In this document: positions 1 through 14,700 of the stretch, piece by piece
Position numbering within the stretch: position 1 is the first letter of the stretch
Layout of the letters: each line of letters starts with the position of its first letter
DNA from: Yuukianura sp. NJ FZ-2021
Taxonomy: Eukaryota
Length of the DNA: 64,000 bases
Assembly (NCBI GenBank): GCA_046563655.1
Contig: CM102286.1
Span: 5,580,001 to 5,644,000, forward strand
Direction of reading: 5' to 3'
Made by a program: the position numbers and the translations under genes
Notes under the pieces: generated by a model
What the model was told of the DNA's origin: nothing
The model's input: the letters and a program-made list of their open reading frames with translations, nothing else
Database searches by the model: none

Positions 1-3000
1 AAAGTATGAATTTACAATGTAACAGCTTACTATGGCTTACTTACTCTTTTTTACTACCTTTTGTTATGGGAAGGGGTGAGTAAATAGAAAAGGAAAGCGA
101 AAACATAACTTGTCAACTCTCAATTTTCAGATTTTATTGACTGCATTGAAGACCCGGTCCGGCCAGGTTGCATGAAGCCCAACACTGCTAACCGAATTTA
201 TTGAGATCAGCCAGGAGCGTTTCAATTGTAAGGTAAGCTGTGATTTTTTTTAGTCTGAAACCTACTTTGTAATTGTAACGAAATTGGACTTTAGTAGACC
301 GGTGAATTTGAGTTAGCAAATGGCTTATAGGCGAATGTGATGTAATGACTGACGAATACAGTGGCGCAGAGTTCACCGGTCGGGCACGGTAGACGTGTGT
401 ACCGGGTCTGGCTACTGCGGGTGAGAGGCCCAGGTCAGGTTTTGCACTTGATTCGATGCTTTCCTTCATAAAACTCGTAAACATTTGATATCGTACGATT
501 ATAAAGTTAGTATTTGTTTTTTAAATACGTTTTTCAAAGAGTTCATTGAATCTCTTGTCTGCTGACGTAAATCCAAATGTCGTCAATTGATTAGAAGTAG
601 AGCATGTTTTGTTTGCGTTTGATATGAAGTTCAGTTTCCGTTTTCTCATGCAACTTTTTTGCAACACTGAATGCAATGAAATGCTGTCATGTGCTTCTCC
701 AAAATTGTTTGGCCATACTATATCTGCCTTCATTTAAACTGCGCTGTTTGTTTGCATCTTGCGTCCAAACTCAAAGCCGAGATTACGAAAACGAAATCCC
801 CTAGGGTGGCCGGTGCCTTTCACGTATGCACCAGTCGTACTACCAATATTTGCTGTTTGTGCTGTAAAACCGGGTATTATCCGGGAGGCTTTTGGTAAAC
901 CCTGTTAGAGATGCACTGTACGAAGCCCACCCTGGAATGAATCTCCTTTTGTTCCAAGGTGGTAGATGAAATTAGAGTACCTCCCAGAAGGGAAGACGTA
1001 AATGATGATGATCACTTATTAATAATCTCCCTCTTCCTCTGAACTTAGTTTTTCAAGTATCAAGTGTGTATAAAAAAGAAATTATAAGATTATACGAAAT
1101 TATTGTACCACCGGCATCGCCAGATTCGGATTCATTGCCCATTAAAGTTGTTATTAATCTTCTGTTTTAAATCCGGTCCCTAATAAATCCTGATTGGTTT
1201 CCAGTCTTTGATTTCATCTGTTCCAGCATAACTTTGCAAAAAAAAAATTCATGTTGATATTTTTTCCGAAATCTAAGCACCACAATGTTTCGAATGTTTG
1301 GAATATGTGAAATTTATTTCAAAGTTTGCACACTTTTACCTGAAAATTCATTTTCAAATGAAACGTCACGAAAAATTAAAAACTCATAAAGTTGGACATT
1401 TTGAGTTAAGATTCATCACAGGATTTATGAATTTTTGGGCTTAGAAGTAACAATAGGAGTTCATCAAGAAGACACGCCAAAAAATTCACGAAAATGAATT
1501 CTTAAATATTATTTACCACGTTTTTTTTAAGAAAAAAATTTTTTTTCCACTTTTTATTCTTTGGTTTGCGTAAATCCTGGAGAAGAATGTCTTGTTTCTG
1601 TGAAGATTCCATCGCTTGATTGCTATCCAAAAAAAATCTAACAATTCGTGTCCATTTTGGTCATTCTTTTTATTCTCACGTTTTGCGTTTGTCTCCGCTG
1701 TTTATTCGGATATAAGAGGACACACATGAAGATGAAGTCAGAGACAGGTGAATTCCTAAGCTTAAAAAAACGTTTTGAATCGAAGGAATTCTATTCTTCT
1801 GTGTTCCCTAATTTCCATTGTTACCACCCCATGTTAAGTGGAATTACTCACAAGTCTCCCTTGGAAAATATGGGCGTGGGCGTTACTCGTTTCATTTTCC
1901 ACGAAAACGCACACGGTCTCTAAACATTCCATTTTTTTTGCCAAGTCCAAACTTTTGAAATTTTTACAAAAGATTTTAAAGATGTTGAACAATATTTGCC
2001 TTAATGCTTAAATCACGCGATGATGGACGGTTGGAGTGATCAGCGTTGTAATTAATTACCGTTTTAGTGAACTCTTAAGCAACTTTTTGTCCACGATTTG
2101 TTTCTGATGAGAATCGCCGACACACAATCCGGAATTCGGGTGACTCTTGATAGTCATACGCATAAAGCAAAGAGGGAGTGGGAAATTTTGAAACACGCTT
2201 TTCATTGTTTCGTCGTGTCCTCCTTTGACGTTCATTTGCATCAGAAAGACCTTATGGTTCTTAATTAATGAGGTGGATATTAAGCTTATGTGTGGTCTCA
2301 AACCAACGTGACTACCTTCAGTTCAAATTGGCAATTTCACATCAAGTGGGCACTTAAACCATTGAATCTACAACATTTTATGATCTTTTTCCGCCAAGAA
2401 TCGACGTGGGAAAAGCCTAAACTGTGTCGAATCTTGTGTTTTAAAAGCCTTTTTTACTGTTTCAAATTGGGACTAAAAGTTCTCTTTATTTTTTTGAATT
2501 TCAAAATATGAGTGTTCTGATATGTACTTTTAGATTTTGGGTTTTGAAGATGTGATACAAGATGCTGGTGGTGCTTGTATATTTATTTTTAGGTTTAAAG
2601 TGCTACTTGGTTTGCTTCTTTCCAACTGCCGAGGAACCCTAAAGTTACTTAAGGTTGGGGTTAATAATCGACGTACCGTAAATGTTCAAATAGATCTCAT
2701 TTTCCAAGTAACCTTAAATCTCTCTGTTATGCCCTACCCCTGCCAATCCCTTTTGTTGGGCCAACGAAAAAACTCGTACCCGGGCGTACTATTTGGGGTT
2801 TTACGGTACTACACAGTAGAAACACAGAAGACGCTGGATGGTGTAGGGGCTGTTTGAACAGAACCGAAGACATATGGTGCTCGTTGTTCCTTTGACTCTG
2901 GGAAACTGCGTGTGTGGTTCCTGGCGTTTCCTGGTCTTCGTTCACTTTGGTTAGGTTAAATTGAAAAAACGGGAACTGAGAAGCTGAAGTTGAAGCGTTT

Positions 3001-6000
3001 AATTTTGGAAGACGTTTGATGTGATGTAGTGATTAGGTTTTTTGGAGCTTCTGCTGCTGAGGTTTGTGGCTGAAAGTGTGCTCATCTGCCCTTCAGGTCG
3101 CACAGGAGGTCGATCTTCGTAATAACAATAGTAATGTGAGGTCCGTCCGTGCCTCGTTTTGAAGATAATTATCGAGATTTTAAGAGAAAACTAGGGTTAA
3201 AAGCTGGAAACCTCCCGGTAAGGTTAACACAAAACGGAAGGAGGAAACAGTTATCTGCGGCAGGTGGAATACGGCGCAGGCGGAGAACTAAGTTTTGGAT
3301 TTATAATATTGAAATTAATTTAATATAAAAATTAATCAAACCAGGTGCTAAAGTTTAATTGACAAAAAAAACGAAGAAACCGGAAACTACGCGTAAAAAT
3401 CTAAGAAAATGAGTGCTTATTTTAGGCCTAAATGAAAATCACTCTCACACAAATGAATACGTGACGTTTCATTGGTTAAAATTTAGTTAATTTTTTTAAA
3501 TAATGTTTTGTGTTGTGCATACTTTTGGAAATGTAAAGCAACTAAAAAAGAGTTAGAGTGAAAGTCAACTTTCTCCGGCGAAGTAGGCGTCCATGCTCAC
3601 TGTGATTTTATTTGGATGTAAAGTCGAATTTTTTGCTCGTTTAAACCAAAAGTGGGCTACTTAAATTTAACTCTACTTTGAAGTCCTTAATTGAACACAA
3701 ACTTTTTTTTTCTGAAAATTTCCCCTGATGGTGAGAGAGAGGAGATTACGATCTTATTTATGGACCGGTTTTTCTCATTATTCAGGGCGACATTCAATGA
3801 CAATTGTTCTAGATGGAGTGGATACAACAATTTTTTCAATTATTTTCCACCTGCTGTTCCTTAACAGTTGGATTTTAAGATGTACTGAATTAAATCAATC
3901 CAAACTACCTAGATTTCAGTGTTAAAATAAACGAGGCTAAGTACTTACCTTGGTTCACTTCAAAATTCAACGTGTTGGGTGAAATCTCTGTAAATTTATC
4001 TCGTGATTTTTATGATTCCTAATCAATCCGGAACTCAATTCAATTAAATTTAAATTAAATTTTGATTTAAAACACAAAGTGTTAATCATCTGATAAAAGT
4101 GTTAGAAAATCAAACCGAATTAACTTTGATGGAAACAAATTTTGATTCACTTCCTGCTATGGGTAAGTGGACGTGTATTTGGATGAAAAAATGTATTGTC
4201 CAAATTTTTCTGATTAGGTTTATCTCCCAAATTCTTCAACAGGAATTTGCTTTTATTTTATGCAACAATGTAGTACTAAAATTCGCAAGATGAGAATTAC
4301 ATTTTTCAGTATCTGAAATGTATACACGAGTTTGCAGTTTTTTAAAAAACCAGTTTTTTCTCCTTGTTTCAGGAAAATTAGTTTCGCATATTTCAGAATT
4401 CGATAACTCGCTTACAAAGATGAACAAAACAAAAACGACTCATTTTTTCTAAAAAATTTCAGGTTAATATTTAAAGAAAATATGTTAAGGTTCATAGAAT
4501 TTTAAGCATGCTTACGCTGATCTAGTTTTATTTGGAAGAAGACGTGTTGTTTTCAAATTTTTGTTTTATGTGAATACAAGGCATTTGTCATTACACTTTT
4601 TCCAAAAATTAATTTACAGTCTTTCAAGGAAATAAGAATGTCATGGATTTTAGGATAAGAAGTTCCTAGAAAAAAGATTTTGAGAATCCAAATTACACCC
4701 ATCTGTCCCTAGATCTTTGCAGACTCATAGCGTTGTGTACTTTTTTTTAAAAGAAAATTGTCAGAATTTTCAATTTCAATTTTACAATGGTGTTTCAACG
4801 CGGTCCATTGTTTAGTAAACTCGGAGTAGAAAGGGAAGCCGTTTTTGTTTCCCTTAGCCTAGGTCACCTTACTGATGATGTTTAGATGGGCGAGGTGAGT
4901 GAGCAATTTGAAGAGGTCCTTTATGATTTGAACAAGCGACCAAACTTCAGAAAATGGATTCTTATGTTTCTAAGACGGTGGATTTTGGGGTTCAGTTTAT
5001 GACATACTAGAAAGTACGACGATGTTTTTGTGTTCGGTGAAGCAGACGTTTACAGAAGCTCCAGTTTTTGTGGTAGTAAAGTATAGGGCCCTACGCTATG
5101 TTCTTGGATTTCATACCTACCAACCCACCTTAAGGCCCTAATACTTTTAACAACTTTGTACTCCCTTCTTTTGTGGATTTGGCACCGGAATGAAAGCTTC
5201 TTCCAGTCCAGGTTGTTCGCTCTCGAGTCAAACACGGTTGATAAAGTGACTTAGACGCTTGTCTTTGTCATGTTCTGTAGTACGGAATTGAATTCAGGCC
5301 AAATAAATATAAAGTGGAACTTGACAACAAGACAAGAAGAAGCTGCTACTGTCTGTTTTGTGGCTTCCTTGATGTCACACGATTAACTCAATCTGCAGCT
5401 CACGGCTTTAGGATTTCCAACTTTTCAGATGATAAATGGACTAGATTTTTGGTTAGTCTAGTTTTATACATTGCACTTGGCTCTCACGATTTCAACCGCA
5501 AAACCTACACCTTGACTTGGTTCAGTATAATTTTGTGACTTATACTATAAGTTTTAGTGTTGAGTTCCCTGCAGCTTCAACCGCATACATTTTGTGGGAC
5601 AGATCAAATTACAAGTGTTTTGCCTTTTACGGACTTTCTCCTATCCAGCCATCGACTCGTAAGTGACAGTTTTTCATATTTTTTGACAAAATTTTCTTTG
5701 AAAAGCTAACAATTGCAACGCTGCGGTCACTTTGATAAAAACAAAAATCTAAAAATCCAACTTTTAAAAATAAATTTTCAAAAAAATAAATCAAACTCGC
5801 AAGTTTTGTATTAAAATTTTGTTTTGCGGTGCTTCAAACCATTTTCAAGCGTCTCATACTCGAAAGTCCGTCATACTTTTTTACATTTTCTCTGGCTGGT
5901 TATGTTTCTTTTTACGATAGTCAAAATGTTTAGAAAGATATAAATGAAAATCGAGTTGTGTTTTTTCTTGTTGATGCGGTTATCTCTTATCTACTTCCGG

Positions 6001-8733
6001 AAAACTCGGTTTGTTTGGTTCGATCTTCTTTGATGTTTTGAGGAAATGCATTGAGTTCAAGCACATGAGTCAAACCACGGAGAGCAATTATTTGTTCCGT
6101 TCACATAAATATTGGATACGGAAGATTGCAGATGAGGGAGTTATTTGACAGGATCATAGCAAGTGGTTGAGGAGGACTCGATGTGCCGAAGGGCTTAGCA
6201 CCAAAAGCTTCATCTGAATCAAAATCACCTCAACAAAATGGAATGGAATTCTTTTGGACGTTTCTCACCAGACCTCATCTTCCTACATTTTCCCGTTTTC
6301 TAATAACCCACTTAAGCCTCAAAAATGCACAACTGAAGTTTCCTCCTCGTCATTTTTCATCTTCCATTTTTCAAAAAGCAACATCTCATCATCTCTCAGG
6401 CGCAACCACTCCGTCATTCAACCAAGTCCGAATTCATTATTGACTTTCAGTGAAATGGAAAGGGGTTTGTTTTGGTCTGTTCCCTGAATTCCTTTAGCGT
6501 TTTGTGACTGACAGTTAGAACGAAGGGCTGGAAGGGGCCCTTCGTCCACCAAATAATTCAAGCGGAGTGAGATGCTGACGGCCCAATTAACTCCGTGCTT
6601 AGGGATGAAGTGTTTAAAGTTTTTTTTAAAAAAAGAACATGCTTAACGCGTTTCTCAGCTCCGCCTGGAAACAGGTGAGCTGACAACGGACGTGCTTAAC
6701 ACGGAGCCACGACTCGGTCGAAACGTTTTAAGGTTGTGACTAGGTTTTTGTGTTAGGTATGAGCAACGCCGAAGGTTTTAGTGCTCTTATTTAGGTAATC
6801 TGGTGCGTTATTTCCTAACCTTAAAAAGAAAATATTGTTTTTTCTCTGAGGGCTTACGAAATTTCTTTCCCTCATGCTGTAATGTGTCAGAGATTTGGAG
6901 GCGCATGAATCATATTTCCCAAAGTGTAATGGATAACAAATGTTTTTTGACCTTTGGTCTCTAGGAAGGTTTTTCTAGTTAGTACTCGACAAGAATTGGT
7001 CAGAGACGTGGTTTTTGAACCAGTAGAACCCTATAATTATTTTCACTTGACTAACACAGGTTACTTATTCCCTTGAAATCTTCTGCGCAGACTCCCTAGC
7101 CTAAGTGATCTTCCTCTTTCTTCGACATTTCACATCAAGGCGCTGATTAGAAGTTATGACTTTGTGGCAGGAAACTGTCAGAAAACAAGTGGAACTGTAA
7201 AAGGTGCAAATACGACGTTTCCGTGTCGGCACTTTTTCTAACTTGTAAGTGTTTGTGGAAGCTTTTAAAGAACTGAGTATCGCAAAGATGCTCTTTGACG
7301 CTTAGATTCATAATTTAATGACAAAGGGCGACTGGTCATAAGGTTTTGCCTTGTTGACCTCGTTTGAACCGAGATTATTAGTCATATAATGAGGAACTTT
7401 TAGTACTAAGATATGTTTTGGATCTCATGACTTATTCATTCAAAAGTCAAAGGTCTCTCCGAGCCTTTTGTTTTAAAATTTTTAAATTTTATGGTCAACG
7501 GTACATGCGAGTGAACCGAACGCAACTTTTACGCTTGAGTCAAGAAGACGAAATAATGCAGTCAGAAATGGCATGCGTAGCCCACTTAAGCATTACTTAT
7601 GCATTTGAATTTAAAACTTAAAGAGATTTTAATCTTCTTTCCCTCTTTTACACCCTGTGGAGATTCCATTACTTTGTGTGTACTAATTACACGGATTTTT
7701 TTGAGTCACGATCCATATACTTGTGGCTCTCTTGTACCAATTAATGCATTTTTCTTAGTATTTCATTTTGGACAGGCCAATAAACCAAATATTTCAAAAC
7801 AGAAATAAGGCCGACGCTAACACCTTATTTACGACAACGATGTGACTTGTCTTCCGGCAAATCAGATTCAAATCTTTTCATCTCCAACTACATTTTAAAG
7901 TAGTTTTTAGGCTGAACTTGACTTATCAATTCTGAGTAAAAAGTGTAACAAGGCCAAAATAATGTGCAAAGTAACAGTAATTTATAATTTGAAGAAGAGA
8001 GACGCCTGATGCCAAAAATTTTGACATTTTTAGATGAAAACTTTTGATGACTGGTTTTGTAATCAGCAAAAATAAAATTCACCACGAATTTTTTTAAGCT
8101 CTGCAACTTTTTTTTTGAGGATTTTGAAATTCAATGTGTCATTTTTCGTGTGAAAAAAACTGGGGTTCTTGATCATAATTTTTTTGCTGACTGGTACGAA
8201 GTTGCAACGAATTGATTTATTGCCGATGGCAGCAGAAATGTCAAAATGACTTTCAGAATTTTTTTCTTTACAGAATTGAAAATCAAATTGTAATAAAAAA
8301 AAAAGAGAAATTTGATTCTTTGAGTAGGGTGTATAATAAGGATAAGATTAAGAAAGTCACACGAAATTTTTTTTTCAAAGGACTACTTTTGGTCGAAAAG
8401 TTGTTTCTGTTTTTCATCATCATTTCACACTACATTCAATGTCTGTTTCTGATCTTCGAGAGTGACAGAAATTAATTCCTGTCCATTGAATTTTCATTGC
8501 AAACTGTCTCTTCTTCTTTGTTTCAGAACATATCACATCATCTCCGCATCTTCTTCATCTTCAGTTCAACTTTGATTGTGTCCAGAACAACACACAGTCT
8601 GTGAAGCCTCTATGCTTCACCCGGTTTGGCATCACAGTCAACAGAATTTTTAGAAGAAGTGCCTGTGTGACCTCATTCGTCAAAATTTCAAATGTCGTTC
8701 TGAAATTTGTGGGAAATCTTGAATAGAATTTTG

Positions 8734-11700
8734 ATGAAGATGACGAAGATGTACTGCCAACTGGAATTCACGCATAATTTCAAGAATCCACTTGTTTTGC
8801 TACTCTTCATTCTCTTCGGATCTCCCATCAGTCACGCCGGTAAGTTATTACATTACACTTGTTGTGAACGGAATTTTTGTGTTTTGAAATTTGTAACAAA
8901 GGAATGGTCTACCTTACCCGTAATTTCCGTCAATTTGATGAATCGTTACTTTTTTTTCATGAAAATTTTCATTTTTCTCTGTCTAAACTGCAGTTGAGGT
9001 ACTTGAGCATAAAAAAGCTCCTACACGTTTTCGTTAAGAGACGTTTTTAAACATGAGTGTTTATAAAATTTTGGTTTTCAACTGTCCAACCTTTTAGTTT
9101 AGAATTTTACAATCGATCTGGGACTCTTCATTTTATAATTTTTAAAGTGTAGTTTTAAAATGGCGCTCGTTTTGAATTTCCTAAACAGTGACGTCGTTTT
9201 TACTATGAATTGATTGTTAGCGTCGTTATTCGTAAATTTATTGCTAGAGTTATAAATTAGATGAGAAGTTGGGGATCAAAGGAACCTTGAACTGCTCGGA
9301 AGCTTGCATTGGATTTATGTTTTATTGAAATGTGAGCTCTAGCGTTGACAAGTGTGGATTCAACAGTTTTAGGGTGCTTTGATTTACGATTTGTCTCGAG
9401 AAGGTTCGGTTTGACATTACTGGTGACTTTTAATGAAGGACCAGTCATAAGTTAAGGCACGGGGTTAAGAATGTGTCTTCCCAAGGAATTGATGTCCTTG
9501 TTTCCTTAAAGTTTTGACCAGTATGCGGTCGTTAAGACCCCTTCATTTTTATTTTCACTTTGCTATTAAGGGCTTCCAGAAATGCTTTCATTTAGAAAGA
9601 GATCCGACCAGAGGATAACAACAAATACTTCTTCAAATTTCCTTTTGTTGTTCAATTTTGGATAGGGCTGTGTTGGTGTTTGGAAAAGCTATGAAGCGGT
9701 AACCTAATTTAAGTTCTTAGTTGGTGCAATAAATCTATCTGAAATTTCTTCCACATTTAGACAGACAAGATCTTTTTCTAAGAAAGCAGGGGCCCTTAGC
9801 TACAAAGTTTCTCATTAGCTGTGATATTGAAAAGAGCGACTTAATTGTAATTATTTTTCCTTTGAAACTTTTTTTTTGAAATTGCATCGGAAGTGAAGCG
9901 GCTTCACGATTTGTGATGCCTATCTTCCCATGGAAGAAACGGAAAGTGATAAATTGGTCTTTTTGAGCGTAGGTGTGAAGATGGGCACTTGGCTTAAGAT
10001 TGGGGAGGTGGAAATATGCCCTTTAAGGGACAATGGCCTTAAGGTTTAGGTTTTCAGAATTCACATTTCAGGGTTACAATATCCGACGTAGAAACATACT
10101 CAAACCGAAACAAAAGTTTAATCCTTCTGCATTGAAAACAAAATTTAAAACTTTGAAACCGAATTTTATATCCTTGTTTCAGCACAGATTTTGGCTCGAA
10201 CGTAGTAAACGATGAAATACTTGATTTGATTTTACCTTTCATTTTCTGAATGGTCCAAGGCACTTGAGGATTGTTGGGCGTTTCATGCTGAAAGTTTTTG
10301 TAGTTAATGCTGAGTATTCCAGTCGGTCCATTCCATTTGTGTTTAGAAATGCTGTACAAGTTTTTGTGCTGAATCCTTTTAAGGGGATCCCATGTCATTG
10401 TTAAAGGCTCTTCTGCTTAATATTAACAGAAATTCTTGTCTGGATCTTCAAGTCGTGTTGAGAAACAAAAAAGAAAATTCCGATGGAAGCTGGGTTTTGG
10501 TCTGACCGAGAACCTATTCGTCCAGACCTAAGTCCAGCCTAACCTACTAAGTCCTGAAGGGCTATTCAAAGGTATAAGGACATGTAGGATACAAATACAG
10601 AGATTCCATGTCTGTAAAGGGCCTCTGAAACTGAAGATCTTGAGATCTGATTAAGGACATAACCTCTGATTGTGATTCTCACTGAAGACGCACCTCGAAA
10701 TGTTATTTTCTCCCGTGTCAAGTTCTATCACCGCAGTCCTTTTGCTGTCCCATTGATTGAAGGCAACATGGAAGCAGTTAAGTTGAAAAGAGCCCTTTTC
10801 ATGTTCAACTGCTTGCGCGGGAAAATTACTTTTATGTGTCTCCAAGCCTGTTTGGAGGTTTCAGAATCTTCCTGGAACCGAGATTCCTGTAACGCCGTTG
10901 ATAATGACTTTTTGGCATAGCATGAGGCTCCATTGTTTGTCTTAGAGCTGACGCTGCGTTAAGTCTTTGAAAATTTTCATGAAATGTTTCTTGAAGTTTT
11001 ATTGCTGTAGACGGTGTCGTTTGGGAGTAATTATTCTGGATGTAACTTGTGCAATTGGAATTGTGAATGGCGTTGGGAATGGAGAAAGCGGGAAAGTTGA
11101 AATTGGCAGGGGCACTGCATTCCTTAAGCAAACTGAGAAAAACTTCCCTGGGAAGTTGAAGGAATCCAGTATGGAATGGAGGATTCATGTAACAAGAGGA
11201 TTAAAACCATGATTTATTTCTCTCCTAATCTTGTTTAATGGCCATCTTTTCAAACAAAATATTCAAACGGATTCTTCGGCAGCTTTATATTCCTCATCTC
11301 CTTGCGACTTGAGTGATCTTTGTTATTGTTTACGGGGTACCTTAATCCTTGGACTTGAATCACGCCATAACTAATTCCTGCCACTTTTTGTGGAGCGTTT
11401 ATAGTCACTGTTGATGTTCTTATGATGTTTGGAGGAACCTGAAGGATTTAGTGGTAGATGACTGAATTGTGGTTGCAATTAAGTTGTGCCATGCATGGAA
11501 GGGAACTTAGGTACTTTGATCTGAATTTCAGGCATATTTAGTCAAGTTCTAGAAAAAATTGCGATTGGCACTGGCAGTAAATTTTTTTGAAGTTACAACA
11601 TCAAAGTCATACCGCCACGCTACTATTGGTTTATAACAGAAAAGAAATTAAATACTAAATAGCTTTTGCATTTCTAAACAAAATTTTGTCGAAAAGCAAT

Positions 11701-14700
11701 CGAGATAGGCGCTAAATGCATAAAATTGTTGGTCAAAAATCCTGAAAATGATTTGTAGCACCTTAAAACCTAAAAAGACACAAAAAATTGGACAAAAAAA
11801 GTACTACAAAAAAATTCTAACTCTGAAAATTTGACGTCCTAGCACTTTCAAGACGAAAGAAATTCGTTTCCTTCTATCAGCGTTTTGTAAGGTGAAACAT
11901 GAGCTTAAAAGAGTTTTAATGAAAAAATATTGTCTGATTCACTCATTAAGGAATTTTGAAATCATGGTTTTCATAATTTCTCAGAATGCAGTTCTGTTTA
12001 CACAAATTTGGTCTTAGACGAAACAGAGCAAGGCGTAACTTAAACCGACAAATAAGAATATTTCATTTATTTTGGATGTAATTTTATGTTTTTAGCGGAC
12101 ATTGGCAAATATTTCACAAAATCGCCGCGGAGCATTGTTGTACCTCCTGGAGATCATGTCACTTTTGAATGTGAAACGAACATCCCACCGGAACAGGTAC
12201 AGTGGAAAACATTTTTGCATTTTATAATAAAAATTTTGATTTCCATTTTCCAAAAAAGGGCTTAAGATCTGACTTGATTGTAAGTTTCTGTTGTGTGCCG
12301 AAAAGTTTTATACGTTGTTCTGTTAGGTTCGGTGGAAATTGAACAACCGATTTCTTCATCCTCAAAACGATTCCGATGTCAGAATTTCTGGAAATTTCTT
12401 GTATGTCAAAGTGAGCAAAAATCGCGACCGATTTCTTCGCCAAGTTGGTGACTATCAAGTAAGTCAGAAATTCAAAAACGCCGGAAAGTGTCAATTCCTG
12501 TTCGTCAGCCAGACTGATGTCTGGCTGCTGACATGAACTTACTCAGTTGTCAGTTTTTCAAGTTTTGCAACAAATTAGATTCTTTTTTTTTGTTATCGTT
12601 TCAGTGTATAGTTGAATTTGGCGCAGAAGCTCTGACATCTGTACCTGCTCAGTTGACAATTGCCCACATCGATCCGTTTCCAAATAAGAGAAACGAATCT
12701 CTGACTGTGGTTGACGGAAATACAGTTGCAATTTCATGTGACGCGCCCTACAGTAATCCTCCACCGATTATTCAGTTTTACAAAGACGGAAGAGCCATAG
12801 AATCAGAAGTTGGTAAGTACAAGACGTCATATCTCAGAATTTAAATTAACTTCATGTTAAAAGGAAGCGCTCTCTTCCATTGTTGATGTGAGATGTCAAA
12901 ATGGTTAATTTGCCAAAACCTTATCAAACAGACTAATAGTTTAAGAAGATCCAAGAAGCGAAACAGCAGCTTGAGCATGTCTAGGGACAATATCTCTGAG
13001 CATGACAAGATCATTGTCATCTCTCTTTGCTTAATTTCGTTTGTTTTCAATGTCAGATTAACTTTTAGCGGTGTGTGATATTTGATATGGACTTGGTAAT
13101 TCATATGCTACGAAAGGGTCAACGATTGGACAGAACTTCGGGGTAAGTTCATGGGAATTTCAAGAGACGCTCTCTTCGCACCCAATGAACTCAAAGAACT
13201 CGTTTTCTTTCAAAAAACTTGTTCGTTACTTGCATTGGTTTCACGAAATCCAAACTAAACTGAGAGTATTAAGTCAAGCACTCGTCATGAAACTGACATT
13301 CAATCGAATTGCAATTTGGGATAATTTAAGACAAATTATAATGATTTACTGTTAATTCCTGGTGATTACTGCTTCAAAAATTTAAACATCGTTTTTTTTT
13401 CTTTGAAAATAGGAAATGCAATTCTCATGGACTCTGGAATTCTGCATCTTCGCAACGTGTCCATTCAGGACAGTGGGTACTACTGGTGCTCATCAACAAA
13501 TCACATCACATCAGAAACATTTACTGCCAATTTTGGCATGCATCTTGCTGTTACATCTCGAAACCAAACACCGCGCAAAAGTCCTGAATTCCTAATCAAG
13601 CCTAAACCATACTTTGTAGTTCCACAAGGTTTGTACTTTACTACTATTTGTTTTCATTCTTTCATAAATTGCCACCGTCAGAAGTTACTTTATAAGGTGT
13701 GCCAAACCAAAACTTTTTTTTGAATTTTTTGAAGTTATTCAAAAACAAGGTAGGTTTTGAGGTGGTTCATTAAGGATTGCTATTTTATGTTTTTTTCCAG
13801 AATGAAGCTGATTTATTAGACATTCCGTGATAGTTCTGAGAAAAGAAATTACGAAACGATTTGAGTTTAGACTTGCGTGACGAACTGTCAAATGTTGACT
13901 CTGAAAATGCTAAAGTAGTGTGAAATGTGGTTTTGAACGGCTATGTAATTATCTTGACTTTTGATTCAAGTTAAAGTTGTAGTGATGATATCATTTGAAA
14001 TTTTAATTGAAGGCTTCAGCTTAACTGTAGGAGAAAATACAGACGTCGTGCCTTTTTCGTTTCTTACTTAAATTTTCTGGTTGGTAAATCTGTTTTTTCT
14101 CGTGCATTTGCAGATGGAAATGTTACTTTAGAGTGCGTAGCCGTGGGAAATCCTCCACCGTACGTTACATGGAGAAAATTGCGTTCTTCAATGACAAATT
14201 ACGAGTCTATCGAAGAAAACTTGCTTCTGTACAACATCAATTTTGCTCACGAAGGAGAATACATTTGCGAAGCGTACAATGGAGTTGGAATTGGAGACAA
14301 ATCGCTTACAGTGCTGTCCACTGTGGTTCTAAATAGTAAGCATTTTTTAAAATTTGTACTTCAGTGGGCTTGAAATTTTTGAAATTGAGAAATTCGAAGT
14401 TGTTTTTTTCAATCGTCGATTAAGTTGTTTGTTTTTCTGTGACGATTAGGTATGCCGAATATAACAAAGGAACCAGAGAGCATTGTTGTTGAAGAAGGCG
14501 GCGAAGCATCATTGGATTGTAACACGGAAGGTTTACCAAAGCCCAGAGTGTACTGGGTATTCAATGGCCAAAGCGTCCATGACGATGGGAACGTCAAAGT
14601 TACAGGTAAGTTCTTCTCTTGAGACTCTAGTAAATGCTAATGAGTAATGACACCTTAATTTATGTCACTTTAACTTCTGATTTAGATACCGGTTTAAGGA

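Noticed and set aside
188..1230. Short ORFs and Cys-rich frames at the window start
   Set aside because: Stops in all frames, no consistent splice model and no recognisable motif; possibly decayed sequence but not assignable.
2104..2150. CTGATGA followed by a stem, resembling a hammerhead core
   Set aside because: No GAAA after stem II and no stems I/III.
10651..11212. Overlapping 64-118 aa ORFs in ihog intron 1
   Set aside because: No domain signal on either strand; consistent with chance ORFs.
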